From: an uncultured Gammaproteobacteria bacterium
GTDB lineage: Bacteria; Patescibacteriota; Patescibacteriia; Magasanikbacterales; JBBTQS01
Direction: 5' to 3'
NCBI GenBank assembly: GCA_965230935.1
Contig: OZ246400.1
Span: forward strand, 630,359 to 694,358
Length of the DNA stretch: 64,000 nucleotides
Positions 1 through 10,360 of this stretch are shown piece after piece; within the stretch, counting starts at the first letter, position 1, and each line of letters opens with the position of its first letter. The notes below the pieces were generated by a model. The model was not told the DNA's origin. It saw only the letters and a list, made by a program, of their open reading frames with translations, and did no database searches. The translations under genes and the position numbers were made by a program.

Positions 1-3000
1 TGAAGGCTCAAATCGTGTAAAAGTAAACTTCTCAACATATTTCTCGAGCGGAACACCATATTGCAATCCATATGACACTGACACTGCAAAACAGTTAAGG
101 ATTGATCGAAAGGCAGCACCCTCACGGAACATGTCGATAAAGACTTCGCCCAACGTTCCATCAGCATACTCACCAGTACGGATGTACACCTGTTGATTGC
201 CAACTTGTGCTTCGATCGTGATTCCACTGCGCTTGACCGGCAACTTACGACGACCTTGCATGATTTGTTCGCCATTTGCACCAGTGGTTACCATTGAGTC
301 AACCAGATCAGTCATGGCTTTCATGTCTTGCACCTGATTTTCAGTAACCGTCTTAGCGACTATGGTGTCAGCTGCAACAGATCCTGACTCTTGTGTTGTA
401 CTCTCGACTGCACTGTCGCCATTCTCAGCTTGTGCATCTTCACGCTGCTCACTATCAGACTTGGTAGCCAGCGGTTGAGACAACTTACACCCATCACGAT
501 ACAAGGCATTTGCCTTAAGACCCAGCTTCCATGACAACATATACGCATCTTTGATCTCTCCAACTGTTGCCTCGTTTGGCATGTTAATGGTCTTACTGAT
601 CGCACCGCTCAAAAACGGCTGTACGGCAGCCATCATACGAATGTGGCCATTATGATGAATAAACCTCTTTCCTTTTTTGCCACATTTATTCGCACAATCA
701 AACACAGCGTAGTGTTCTTGCTTCAAGTGTGGTGCGCCTTCGATAGTCATGGTTCCACACACAAATTCATTTGCCGCAGCGATCTCTTCTTTAGAAAATC
801 CAAGTGCGCGCAACATGTTGAAATTAAAGTCATTGTACTGCTCTTTGGTAATACCCAGTCGCTCCATGGTTTGCTCACCCAATGTCCAAACATTAAAGGC
901 AAATTGAATCTCAAACACTCCTTCAAGCTGTGCCTCAACCTTCGCAATATCCTCTTCAGTCAATCCTTTGGCTTTTAAGGTTTGATGATTAACGCCTGGC
1001 GCATCAGCTAACGTGCCAGTACCTTTCATGTACTTAATGATGTCGTTAATCTCCACCGCTGAATAGTTAAGATTATCAAGCGCCGGTACAACAGACTCGT
1101 TTACGATCTTAAAGTACCCACCACCTGCCAATTTTTTAAACTTCACTAAGGCAAAATCCGGTTCGACTCCTGTAGTCGCACAATCCATAAGCAAACCAAT
1201 GGTACCGGTTGGCGCCAACAACGTGGTCTGTGCATTGCGATAGCCATATTGCTCACCCATCTCCAATGCACGATCCCATGACTCACGCGCTGCATGCACC
1301 AAATAGCTTGGGGCATCGTTTTGTTCAATGCCAACTGGGAACACACTCAAACCTTCGTATTCATTTTGTGGCACATTGTACGCTGCGCGACGGTGATTAC
1401 GCATCACACGCAACATGTCTTCGCGATTCTTGTCATACTCAGGAAATGTTCCAAGATATGCTGCCATCTCAGCGCTTGTTGCATATGACTCACCAGTCAT
1501 AATAGCGCTAATTGATCCGGCAATAGCGCGTGCTTCATCAGAATCGTATGGAATGCCAGATACCATAAGTACGCCGGCACCAAGATTGGCATATCCCAAT
1601 CCAAGAGTGCGGGTCTCGTAACTGCGTTTTGCAATCTCATAACTTGGGTACTGCGCCATGAGGACAGAAACCTCAAGCACCACAGTCCATAAACGGGTGG
1701 TATACCGAAATCCAGTAACATCAAATTGCTTATTCTTTACATCGTAGTAGTGCGCCAAGTTGATACTCGCCAAGTTACATGCGGTATTGTCCAAAAACAT
1801 GTATTCACTGCACGGATTGCTGGCATTAATGCGTCCGGACTGCGGACAGGTATGCCACTCATTAATGGTACTGTCATATTGTGCACCTGGATCGGCACAT
1901 GCCCATGCGGCAAACGCAATTTTCTCCCACAGATCAGTTGCTTTGATGGTTTTGCAAATACTACCGTCGGTTCGCCAACGCAAATGCCAGTCAGTGTCGT
2001 TTTCTACTGCCTCCAAAAATCCATTGGTGAGCCGTACTGAGTTATTTGAATTTTGTCCAGAAACCGTTGCATAGGCCTCACCTTCATAATCACTACTGTA
2101 TCCAGCAGCAATAAGTGCGGCGACCTTTTTTTCTTCTTGCACTTTCCAATCCACAAACTTTTCAATATCTGGATGATCAATATCCAAACATACCATCTTT
2201 GCAGCGCGACGAGTGGTTCCACCAGATTTAATTGCTCCTGCCGCACGATCACCAATACGGAGCCAGCTCATAAGTCCTGAACTGCGCCCACCACCGGAAA
2301 GTGGCTCTCCCTCGCCACGAAGGCCGGAAAAATTGGTTCCGGTTCCTGAGCCATACTTAAACAATCGTGCTTCACGAACCCACAGATCCATGATTCCACC
2401 AGAATTTACCAAATCATCATCAACTGATTGGATAAAGCAAGCATGTGGTTGTGGGTGAGAGTATGCATCCTCGCTCTTTTTTGTCTCTCCAGTAATGGGA
2501 TCTGGGTAATAATGTCCTTGTGCTGGACCATTAATGCCATATGCCCAATGCAATCCTGTATTAAACCACTGCGGCGAGTTTGGTGCTACCATTTGATGAA
2601 GCAACAAATACACGAGCTCATCGTAAAAAATCTGTGCGTCTTTTTGGGAAGCAAAATAGCCATAACGCTCACCCCAATGACGCCAACACCCAGCTAATCG
2701 ATGTACTGGCTGACGCACACTACTCTCGGATCCAAGCATGGGAGATCCGTCAGCAGCGCGCTTTACACTACCATCAGTATTATGTTGTGGCACACCAGCC
2801 TTTCGAAAATACTTTTGCGCCATAATATCAATCGCGACTTGCGACCATGAATCCGGCACCTCGATATCATGCATTTCAAACACCGTGGATCCGTCTGAAT
2901 CACGAATCACACTACTACTGGTCGTCCATTGTACTGAGGTAAAGGGATCAACACCTTCTTGTGTGAAATGGCGAGCAAATCGAAGCCCTTGTGGGGAATA

Positions 3001-3057
3001 CTTTGGCGTAAAATTGGTTTGCGTATTCGTAAGGGTTGTGGCGATTGGTTGATCCAT
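1..3057 (-). CDS. nrdJ: Class II (adenosylcobalamin-dependent) ribonucleotide reductase, monomeric long form. Partial: the C-terminal end runs off the window start.
   Basis: By-hand reverse-complement translation gives one uninterrupted frame from the ATG at 3055-3057 down to position 1, about 1017 aa (MDQPIATTLTN...). It contains the RNR active-site stretch NPCSEYMF and TNPC/E-type motifs. The ORF track omitted it because there is no in-window stop. Confidence 0.85.
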   Translation of the reverse strand, partial: MDQPIATTLTNTQTNFTPKYSPQGLRFARHFTQEGVDPFTSVQWTTSSSVIRDSDGSTVFEMHDIEVPDSWSQVAIDIMAQKYFRKAGVPQHNTDGSVKRAADGSPMLGSESSVRQPVHRLAGCWRHWGERYGYFASQKDAQIFYDELVYLLLHQMVAPNSPQWFNTGLHWAYGINGPAQGHYYPDPITGETKKSEDAYSHPQPHACFIQSVDDDLVNSGGIMDLWVREARLFKYGSGTGTNFSGLRGEGEPLSGGGRSSGLMSWLRIGDRAAGAIKSGGTTRRAAKMVCLDIDHPDIEKFVDWKVQEEKKVAALIAAGYSSDYEGEAYATVSGQNSNNSVRLTNGFLEAVENDTDWHLRWRTDGSICKTIKATDLWEKIAFAAWACADPGAQYDSTINEWHTCPQSGRINASNPCSEYMFLDNTACNLASINLAHYYDVKNKQFDVTGFRYTTRLWTVVLEVSVLMAQYPSYEIAKRSYETRTLGLGYANLGAGVLMVSGIPYDSDEARAIAGSISAIMTGESYATSAEMAAYLGTFPEYDKNREDMLRVMRNHRRAAYNVPQNEYEGLSVFPVGIEQNDAPSYLVHAARESWDRALEMGEQYGYRNAQTTLLAPTGTIGLLMDCATTGVEPDFALVKFKKLAGGGYFKIVNESVVPALDNLNYSAVEINDIIKYMKGTGTLADAPGVNHQTLKAKGLTEEDIAKVEAQLEGVFEIQFAFNVWTLGEQTMERLGITKEQYNDFNFNMLRALGFSKEEIAAANEFVCGTMTIEGAPHLKQEHYAVFDCANKCGKKGKRFIHHNGHIRMMAAVQPFLSGAISKTINMPNEATVGEIKDAYMLSWKLGLKANALYRDGCKLSQPLATKSDSEQREDAQAENGDSAVESTTQESGSVAADTIVAKTVTENQVQDMKAMTDLVDSMVTTGANGEQIMQGRRKLPVKRSGITIEAQVGNQQVYIRTGEYADGTLGEVFIDMFREGAAFRSILNCFAVSVSYGLQYGVPLEKYVEKFTFTRFEPS

Positions 3058-3152
3058 AACACGATGGGTTTTTATATGAGTAAGTGGGCGCGAAGATGAC
3101 AAAGACTTCTCAGTCAAAGAAGTCTTATCCCCTCCTTACGCTGAAGAAGCTA

Positions 3153-3201
3153 CCACTACATATTGTGTTTCGAATACGATTCGAACCACTATATGTTGTG
3201 G
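3153..3201 (-). promoter_or_regulatory. Two tandem NrdR-box-like palindromes in the nrdJ upstream region.
   Basis: CCACTACATATTGTGT (3153-3168) matches the NrdR consensus acaCwAtATaTwGtgt at 14/16 positions. CCACTATATGTTGTGG (3186-3201) matches at 13/16. They are 33 bp apart start to start, which is about three helical turns and typical of NrdR tandem operators. A 9-bp-stem hairpin (aagacttct/agaagtctt) lies at 3099-3123 in the 5' UTR. Confidence 0.5.
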
Positions 3202-3367
3202 TCTTCAGATGTAAGGGTCAAACGCATTCACTAGTATACCTTAGGCAATACTGGTGTGCAACTTTTGACCGATGTGCTCATTTTCATTTGAAATTAGTCA
3301 TTTTTTTGTGTCGCTTTTTGTACGAAGCTAAGTTGTCCACAGAGACCATCTGCGGTACTATACACAC

Positions 3368-4411
3368 ATGGCAAATAATACCAAAACAAAACGATTCATC
3401 ACCCCTGAACAAACCGAACAGGAGCAACCATTTGAATCTTCACTCCGCCCAAAACGACTTGATGATTTTGTTGGACAACAAACCGTCAAAAATAATCTCT
3501 CGATCGCAATCACTGCTGCGCAACAACGACAAGAACCACTTGAACATGTCCTACTCTACGGCAATCCCGGACTAGGAAAAACTACATTGGCGCATATCAT
3601 TGCCCGAGAGCTCGACTCACACATTAAAATCACCAGTGGCCCGGCGCTGGAACGCGTTGGCGATCTTGCAGCGATCCTCTCAAACCTCCAAGACGGCGAC
3701 GTATTGTTTATTGATGAAATTCATCGCATGAATCGCACTATTGAAGAGACCCTCTACCCGGCAATGGAAGACTACGTGCTTGATATTGTGCTGGGTAAAG
3801 GTCCGGCAGCAAGAGTGATGCGCATGAATCTGGCACGGTTTACGATTATCGGTGCCACTACACGGATGAGCTTGCTCTCCTCTCCACTGCGTGATCGGTT
3901 TGGCATGGTATTTGCTTTGGAGTTTTACAATCATGATGAGCTTCAAACTATTGTGAATACGAATGCTCAATATCTCAACACCGCGATTCATTCAGATGCT
4001 TCGCAAATGATTGCAACACGGTGTCGTAAAACCCCTCGTATCGCTAACCGACTCCTCAAACGCATCCGTGACTTTTCGCAAGTAAAAGGAAATGATACTA
4101 TTACAGCAGAAATCGCAAAGCAAGCACTTGCCATGCTGGACGTGGATCACCTTGGGCTGGACCGCACTGATCGCACGATCTTGCATACCCTTATTGAGAA
4201 ATTCCGCGGCGGGCCAGTAGGGCTCAACACCCTTGCTGCATCGACCGCTGAGGAGATTGACACTATGGAGATGGTATACGAACCCTATCTCCTGCAACTC
4301 GGCATGATCGAAAGAACTCCTCGTGGACGCGTTGCAACCCGTGCCGCCTATACCCATTTGGATTTACTCCACTTGATGTCTGATCCTAAAAACCAGGATA
4401 AACTGCTCTAA
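3368..4411 (+). CDS. ruvB: Holliday junction branch migration ATPase RuvB.
   Basis: 347-aa ORF with Walker [16 protein letters not shown] and conserved RuvB C-terminal domains. Confidence 0.95.
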   Translation: MANNTKTKRFITPEQTEQEQPFESSLRPKRLDDFVGQQTVKNNLSIAITAAQQRQEPLEHVLLYGNPGLGKTTLAHIIARELDSHIKITSGPALERVGDLAAILSNLQDGDVLFIDEIHRMNRTIEETLYPAMEDYVLDIVLGKGPAARVMRMNLARFTIIGATTRMSLLSSPLRDRFGMVFALEFYNHDELQTIVNTNAQYLNTAIHSDASQMIATRCRKTPRIANRLLKRIRDFSQVKGNDTITAEIAKQALAMLDVDHLGLDRTDRTILHTLIEKFRGGPVGLNTLAASTAEEIDTMEMVYEPYLLQLGMIERTPRGRVATRAAYTHLDLLHLMSDPKNQDKLL

Positions 4412-4412
4412 T

Positions 4413-4667
4413 ATGGTTACCATACCACTCACGATTCCCGTAATTATCTACTTCATCTTATTAGTGGTGGTCTTTATCTTTTTCTCGGTTACGTTTCATC
4501 ATTTGATTGCCACTGGGACATACTCAATCGCCTCATTCTCTATGAGTTTTTTTGTAATTGCCGGCCTGATTTTTGTGCTCTATAGCACTGGGGTAGCAGC
4601 AACGGAGATTGACTGGAACCAAAACATTGTGCTCTTTGATGGCCTTGACGCATATAAGCCATTTTAG
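4413..4667 (+). CDS. Small membrane protein of unknown function (2 TM helices).
   Basis: 84-aa ORF immediately after the ruvB stop. Two hydrophobic helices. No recognisable motif. Confidence 0.45.
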   Translation: MVTIPLTIPVIIYFILLVVVFIFFSVTFHHLIATGTYSIASFSMSFFVIAGLIFVLYSTGVAATEIDWNQNIVLFDGLDAYKPF

Positions 4668-4669
4668 CT

Positions 4670-5224
4670 ATGCATCTTAACGAGCTGATCCACAAAAAAT
4701 CCTATGAGCATGTAGTGCATGTGCTACGTCGCCATCCTATTACTTTTGTGCCAAAGGTGGCGTTATTAATTGTATTGGCACTGGTGCCATTAGGTTTGCA
4801 ATTTGTGTTCGAGGGTGCGCTTCCTGAGCTGGTGACGGAAAACAACTCGCGCGCGCTACTCATCTTACTGGCGAGCTTTTATTATCTAAGCATCTTGGTC
4901 TTTTTCTACGCGCAATTTATTGATTACTATCTGGATATGTGGATCGTGACCAATGACCGTATTGTTAATGTAGAACAGCGTGGATTGTTTGCCCGAACAG
5001 TTGCTGAACTTGATTTATACAAAATTCAAGATATTACTTCTGATGTCTCTGGAATCATTGCCAGCATTTTTGACTATGGCCATGTGAATATTCAAACTGC
5101 TGGTGCTGAGCTTCGATTTAACTTTATTGATGTGAAAACGCCACATAAACTTCGAAAAGAAATCATTGAACTTGTCCGGGTGGATAGAAAATATCATAGT
5201 AGTCAGCCAAAGACGGTGCAATAA
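4670..5224 (+). CDS. Membrane-flanked bacterial PH-domain (bPH_2 / YdbS-like) protein.
   Basis: 184 aa. Two N-terminal TM helices followed by a soluble domain resembling the bPH_2 family. Tightly coupled to the preceding ORF. Confidence 0.45.
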   Translation: MHLNELIHKKSYEHVVHVLRRHPITFVPKVALLIVLALVPLGLQFVFEGALPELVTENNSRALLILLASFYYLSILVFFYAQFIDYYLDMWIVTNDRIVNVEQRGLFARTVAELDLYKIQDITSDVSGIIASIFDYGHVNIQTAGAELRFNFIDVKTPHKLRKEIIELVRVDRKYHSSQPKTVQ

Positions 5225-5248
5225 AATTACACAACATATAAAGAATTC

Positions 5249-5275
5249 AAAAGGCCGCCCTCAAAGGGCGGCCTT
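5249..5275. terminator. Bidirectional intrinsic terminator between convergent genes.
   Basis: aaggccgccc-tcaaa-gggcggcctt is a 10-bp GC stem flanked by A/T runs. It is preceded by ACACAACAT at 5230-5238. Confidence 0.6.
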
Positions 5276-5300
5276 ATTATTCAATTTAATCTCTCAAAAC

Positions 5301-7415
5301 TTACTCAAACAACCGCTGCACTTGTGTCCCACGATAATAATACGCGAGCAACTCCGGATATTCCATGTCTTCTTCCTCAGCACGCAACAACATATCTCGG
5401 GCACTCATACCAACACCATGTCCCCACATCGTACGCCCGGCATCATATTCTGCTTTAACCGATTGCAGCCATGGTTTGTCACTTCCACCCCACACTTCAG
5501 TCCATGCGCGCGTTCGACCATCAGATCGAGAATAGTATGGTGTGATCACCACATCCCCTTGGTATGTCACCAACTCACCACGTGTTTCATTCACAGCGTC
5601 ACCAACGCGGTCAAATCGTTTCTCGCGATAATACCCTTTATATACTTGGTCATACTTTGCATCGACATCAAAATGACGATCACGATGCTTGGGACTATCA
5701 ATTTGATGAAACGCGTACGTGCGTACGGCAGTCATGAGTGCTTTTTGGGCTTCATGGTTTACTCCATTACTAATCTCAGCAACTCCAGCAACATATTGCT
5801 CAAGAGGTAACTCATTAATTAACCATGTTTTTTCATTTTTCTCTGCATACCGGATCTCGAGCGTATCACGAAAACCATTGTAATTAAGGCTAGTATTCCA
5901 TTTTGGACGATCTTCCACATTGATCACATCAATGTACGCATTTTCAACTGTTGGCTCAAGTCGCAAATATTCATTACTAATAATAGAAATGCCTGGGCCT
6001 TCTACAATGTATTTTCCAGATGATGAACGCAGTAACGATACGGTCGTATTTGCCGGAAGAGGGGCCAACACATCACCACTTGCATCAACAATTTGATATG
6101 CAAACGGACTGCGCAACAACGGCGTGCCCTTTTCTTCGATTTTATAAAGCCCCACACGGATACGTGGCTCTTCACCCAGCTCTTCTTGCCCTTCAAAAGT
6201 AATTACTGAGCTGCTGCTCGGCGCATCTGCAGTAACAGTCACCGGAATGGTGACTAATCCTCCTTCAACCGCAACACCGGCCACATAAAATTGAAACTGC
6301 GCGCTATACTCTCCTGCTTTTGCAGGGGTTCGAAAGGTAAAGGTATGTAAATCAAGTTGTCCGCTTTGCACCGTCCCGCGCGCTACTTTGACGGCAGTGT
6401 CACCGGTTAGCCAAGAGGTGTGTGCATATGGTGAAACTGCGCCGGTTGTTGCCAGGGCGGTATTAGCATTGCGAATCTCGCGCATTACCCATGGCGCGTC
6501 ACCAATATTTTTAAACCCCACGCGAAATACTACATCTTGCCCACCAACTGCCTTGATTGATTTGTGTGATTGAATCAACCGAAGGGCATGGAATGATTGC
6601 TCTGCTTCTTCTGGTGTTGGTTTATCTGATGTTGCAGGTGTGTCAGCAGAAGTGTCTGGCTGTACCGTTGCTGGAGGTGCAGCAACTGGCGCCTTTGCTG
6701 CTGAGCGCTCTGCTACATTTACATTGATCACAACTTCTCCACCTGGAATCCAGGTGGTTTCTTCTGCAGCAAGCTTAAACTTTTCAATATGACTGCCTTC
6801 AGTCTGCGGGGCAGTAAGTTCAACAACCATGTGACCGAATCCTTGAGGCTCGACTCGATCCTCTTGCAAAATCGCCGGTTGAATATCACTAAACCAATTA
6901 CTATTGGCAAAGGCGCTTTTGCGATAGTTTGGCTCGCGCGTGTACAGCGAAATATATGGGCCACTTTGATCGGTAGTCCATGCTTTGGTTCCAATATTTT
7001 TAAATCGAAGATAAATTTTGGTCGTCTCACCCGGCGCTAAACTCACTTGCTTGCGAGACTGACGCGTGACAAATACTTCATATCCCTTGCGTGGTGCGGC
7101 ATGCGCCGTTTGCACACCAAGCAGCTTTTTAGCAATAGTGCTCCAGTGCAATCCTTCTTGCGGCTCGCTCTCTTTTGCATCACCAATTACAGTCCGGCTG
7201 GTTTCTGGTTGGCCATACACCAGGTGATTGAGCGCTGCTTCTCCCAAATGCAAGCCCCATGCTGCTGCCGCAATAACTAAAAAAGATACAAGTAAACTTG
7301 TACCCAGGCTCAAAGAGTGGACATGATTGGCTTTTGCTGCAGCCTCGGCAGTATCATACATTTCACTGTATACCTGCATTGGTCGCTGGATTTCATTTGT
7401 CCGTCGGTGCATCAT
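5301..7415 (-). CDS. SpoIID/LytB-domain cell-wall protein with an N-terminal TM anchor and two repeated beta domains.
   Basis: 704 aa. The C-terminal region (NELPLEQYVAGVAEISNGVNHEAQKALMTAVRTYA ... TPYYSRSDGRTRAW ... GHGVGMS) matches the SpoIID/LytB amidase-enhancer domain. Two internal repeats, YLRFKNIGTKAWT and FRVGFKNIGDAPWV. Confidence 0.75.
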   Translation of the reverse strand: MMHRRTNEIQRPMQVYSEMYDTAEAAAKANHVHSLSLGTSLLVSFLVIAAAAWGLHLGEAALNHLVYGQPETSRTVIGDAKESEPQEGLHWSTIAKKLLGVQTAHAAPRKGYEVFVTRQSRKQVSLAPGETTKIYLRFKNIGTKAWTTDQSGPYISLYTREPNYRKSAFANSNWFSDIQPAILQEDRVEPQGFGHMVVELTAPQTEGSHIEKFKLAAEETTWIPGGEVVINVNVAERSAAKAPVAAPPATVQPDTSADTPATSDKPTPEEAEQSFHALRLIQSHKSIKAVGGQDVVFRVGFKNIGDAPWVMREIRNANTALATTGAVSPYAHTSWLTGDTAVKVARGTVQSGQLDLHTFTFRTPAKAGEYSAQFQFYVAGVAVEGGLVTIPVTVTADAPSSSSVITFEGQEELGEEPRIRVGLYKIEEKGTPLLRSPFAYQIVDASGDVLAPLPANTTVSLLRSSSGKYIVEGPGISIISNEYLRLEPTVENAYIDVINVEDRPKWNTSLNYNGFRDTLEIRYAEKNEKTWLINELPLEQYVAGVAEISNGVNHEAQKALMTAVRTYAFHQIDSPKHRDRHFDVDAKYDQVYKGYYREKRFDRVGDAVNETRGELVTYQGDVVITPYYSRSDGRTRAWTEVWGGSDKPWLQSVKAEYDAGRTMWGHGVGMSARDMLLRAEEEDMEYPELLAYYYRGTQVQRLFE

Positions 7416-7521
7416 AGACAGAAAAAGCGCTTAGTTAAGCACCTAGGACGTTTTGTATACATATATATGATAGCAAAAAAAACCGGTTTTGTCAAATGCA
7501 AACTATGATACAATAGGGCAT

Positions 7522-8931
7522 ATGTCACTTACCCGCCGGGTTGCGAACAATACGCTCATTCAAGTGTTTGGAAAGGGATTTTCAACCTTTTTAGGACTGA
7601 TTGTGGTGGCCATGATCACCCGACATTTGGGCACGGAAGGATTTGGGCAATACACCACAGTCACCACATATCTGCAATTTTTTGGAATTTTGGTTGATTT
7701 TGGGTTTGTGCTGGTGACTGTGCAGATGATTAGTGAGCACAAAGCTGATGAGCAGCGCATTATCAATAATTTGTTTACGTTACGCTTTATCTCGGCGTTT
7801 TTATTTTTGGGATTGGCGCCAATTATTGTGATCTTTTTGCCATATCCAAGCATAGTTAAGTGGGGTGTAGCGCTGACATCATTCTCGTTTTTCTTTATTA
7901 CGTTGAACCAAATTTTGACCGGACTGTTTCAAAAACACTTGTCCATGGGCTGGGTGGCCCTATCTGAGAATATCGGGCGGGTCGTGCTCTTTATCGTCAC
8001 ACTGATTGCTGTGGCCACTGGCAAAGGCCTACTTGCCGTGCTGTTGGCCGTAGTCCTAGCATCTGCAGCCCACTTTTTGACGTTACTGCTCGCTTCACGA
8101 CGGTTTGTCAAAATCAAATTTGCATTTGAAAAACACATTTGGCGCGACATTATTGTACGCAGTTGGCCAATCGGCGTGTCGATTGCCTTTAATTTGATCT
8201 ATCTTCGAGCTGATACCTTGATTTTGACCTTTGTCGCACCACAAACTGATGTTGGAATTTATGGCGCTGCATATCGTGTGTTGGATATCCTACTGATGGT
8301 TCCGGTGATGATGATAGGAGTCGTGCTCCCAATTTTGACTACTGCTTGGACCGGAAAAAATATTGCGCGTTTTAAGCGTGCCATGCAAAAAACCCTTGAT
8401 GTATTTTTGCTCATCATCATTCCAATCTTTGCTGGGGCGCTTCTACTCGCAACACCGCTTATGGTATTTATTGCCGGAGGTGACTTTGCAGCATCTGGTC
8501 CGATCTTAATCGTCTTGTTGATTGCCCTCATTGGTGCCTACGTGAGTACGTTATTTGGCCACACCACCGTAGCAATCAATCACCAACGCAAAGTGATTTG
8601 GATTTATGCAGTTGATGCAGTTCTCAGTTTGATCGGCTACCTTATCTTTATTCCGCAATATGGCATGCTTGGCGCCGCATGGGTGACGGTATTCTCTGAA
8701 GTCTTTGCCGCAGCATTTCTCGCATACCACATTATCAAACATACTCACCTCTCCTTTACCCTTAAACCGCTACTGAAAATTATCGCCTCAACTGTGGTAA
8801 TGAGTGCGGTGCTGATAGCACTCCCAACCATGCATGTACTTATTATGATCGGGATTGGTGCTGTGGTATACTCGGCGTCCCTCTATCTATTGAAGGGGAT
8901 TCCCCATATAACATATGCGAAAACAAAGTAA
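7522..8931 (+). CDS. Polysaccharide biosynthesis / oligosaccharide flippase (MOP superfamily, Wzx-like).
   Basis: Multi-TM protein with an N-terminus typical of Polysacc_synt flippases. The ORF track starts at a TTG at 7489. The first ATG is at 7522 (MSLTRRVANN...). An extended -10 TGATACAAT lies at about 7506-7514 upstream. Confidence 0.7.
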   Translation: MSLTRRVANNTLIQVFGKGFSTFLGLIVVAMITRHLGTEGFGQYTTVTTYLQFFGILVDFGFVLVTVQMISEHKADEQRIINNLFTLRFISAFLFLGLAPIIVIFLPYPSIVKWGVALTSFSFFFITLNQILTGLFQKHLSMGWVALSENIGRVVLFIVTLIAVATGKGLLAVLLAVVLASAAHFLTLLLASRRFVKIKFAFEKHIWRDIIVRSWPIGVSIAFNLIYLRADTLILTFVAPQTDVGIYGAAYRVLDILLMVPVMMIGVVLPILTTAWTGKNIARFKRAMQKTLDVFLLIIIPIFAGALLLATPLMVFIAGGDFAASGPILIVLLIALIGAYVSTLFGHTTVAINHQRKVIWIYAVDAVLSLIGYLIFIPQYGMLGAAWVTVFSEVFAAAFLAYHIIKHTHLSFTLKPLLKIIASTVVMSAVLIALPTMHVLIMIGIGAVVYSASLYLLKGIPHITYAKTK

Positions 8932-10189
8932 GCGCATTTTGCCTTTTGCCATCGCTGTTTTTCTCGCACTATTGCCAACCTATTTAGTGCGATTTTCTAT
9001 TGGAACATTACCAACCACACTCCTTGAAGTGTTATTTGGAGCATTGCTCATCATATGGCTGATCGCTGGGCCAGACTGGAAACCACTGCTCAACTTACGA
9101 AAACATCATCGCGTATTTTTCACCGGAACACTCCTGCTCCTTACTGCAGCAACCATTAGTGTATTTGTTGCGCACGATATGCGCACGGCAGCTGGATTAT
9201 GGAAAGCGTACTTTATCGAACCTGTCCTATTTTTTATCATCCTAATCACCTCACTGAAAAAAACAGATTTACACAAAATAATTACTGCGCTATCAATAAG
9301 TGCATTTGGAGTTGCACTTATTGGGATCCTTCAATTCTATTTTTTTTCAAATGGTCTTGCTGTGTTTGGGACAACGCTTTGGCAAATCCCAAACGAATTT
9401 TGGCGTGATGAACTTACGAGACGAGCTACATCGGTGTTTGGATTCCCAAATGCAATTGGTTTGTATCTTTCCCCGCTGATCCCATTGTTTATTTTTGATA
9501 TCTACAAACACTGGCAACGACGGTTTAAAAACCTCGCCCATGATCTTACGGCAATTGCATGGCTTAGTATTACTATTGTGCTTGCAATCTGGGCCATTAT
9601 TCTTGCCAGCTCTCTTGGTGCTTTGATTGCGCTTGGAGGGACGCTTATTGTGTTTGGATTGCTCTGGAAAAAAACACGCCTGATCACTGCGGCGCTGATT
9701 ATTATCATTGGAGTAATTATTCCATTTACTCAGTTAAAAGAGCCGATCAAACAAGAGGTATTACTCCAAAACTATTCCGGAAAAATCCGTTTGCAAATGT
9801 GGAAGGAAACATTGGAGCAGCTCGAGACACGGCCGGTGCTCGGCAACGGTCTTGGGAGCTACCAAGTGTCAATCACGCCATATCACAAGTTTGATTGGGC
9901 AGAAATCTATCTGTATCCACATAATGCGGTTCTCAATTTCTGGACTGAAACCGGCTTACTTGGGGTACTGGCGATTGCGATGATTGTGGTTCGTGCATTG
10001 GTCGCGGCGATCCAGCGACGCCACGGAATTACTATTGCAGGTGCGGCAAGTATTACGGTTATGATGATTCATGGACTGGTTGATGTGCCATATTTGAAAA
10101 ATGATCTTGCGATGCTCACGTGGTTTATTATTGCCATTTTTGTAATTGTAGCGAGCAAACAAACACCGCCTGTACAATCCCGTCGCTAA
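8915..10189 (+). CDS. O-antigen ligase / polymerase family membrane protein (Wzy_C domain).
   Basis: 424 aa, polytopic. YPHNAVLNFWTETGLLGVLA is the O-antigen-ligase signature region. Overlaps the flippase stop by 17 nt. Confidence 0.65.
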   Translation: MRKQSKRILPFAIAVFLALLPTYLVRFSIGTLPTTLLEVLFGALLIIWLIAGPDWKPLLNLRKHHRVFFTGTLLLLTAATISVFVAHDMRTAAGLWKAYFIEPVLFFIILITSLKKTDLHKIITALSISAFGVALIGILQFYFFSNGLAVFGTTLWQIPNEFWRDELTRRATSVFGFPNAIGLYLSPLIPLFIFDIYKHWQRRFKNLAHDLTAIAWLSITIVLAIWAIILASSLGALIALGGTLIVFGLLWKKTRLITAALIIIIGVIIPFTQLKEPIKQEVLLQNYSGKIRLQMWKETLEQLETRPVLGNGLGSYQVSITPYHKFDWAEIYLYPHNAVLNFWTETGLLGVLAIAMIVVRALVAAIQRRHGITIAGAASITVMMIHGLVDVPYLKNDLAMLTWFIIAIFVIVASKQTPPVQSRR

Positions 10190-10207
10190 ACGCTACAGTG
10201 CAGTCCT

Positions 10208-10296
10208 GGAGAGGTGCCGGAGTGGTTGAACGGGGCACTCTCGAAAAGTGTTGAGTCTTGCAAAAGATTCCGGGGGTTCGAATCCCCCCCTCTCCG
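10208..10296 (+). tRNA. tRNA-Ser (anticodon CGA), long variable arm.
   Basis: Hand fold. Acceptor GGAGAGG/CCTCTCC. Anticodon stem GCACT/AGTGT with loop CTCGAAA. Long variable arm. T arm GGGGG-TTCGAAT-CCCCC. Confidence 0.85.
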
Positions 10297-10360
10297 CATA
10301 AACTACGAACCTGCCCGAAGGGTAGGATCGAACGTCGTCCTCACTTGGACATCACGCACT

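Noticed and set aside
1-3057. Apparent absence of any long ORF in the six-frame track over the first 3 kb (possible non-coding or pseudogene region).
   Set aside because: Manual reverse-complement translation shows one continuous frame of about 1017 aa (class II RNR) from the ATG at 3057 down to position 1. It was omitted only because the stop lies outside the window.
10214-10360. N-terminal 49 codons of the track ORF 10214-10855.
   Set aside because: They overlap tRNA-Ser(CGA) on the same strand. The TspO-like protein starts at the internal ATG at 10361.
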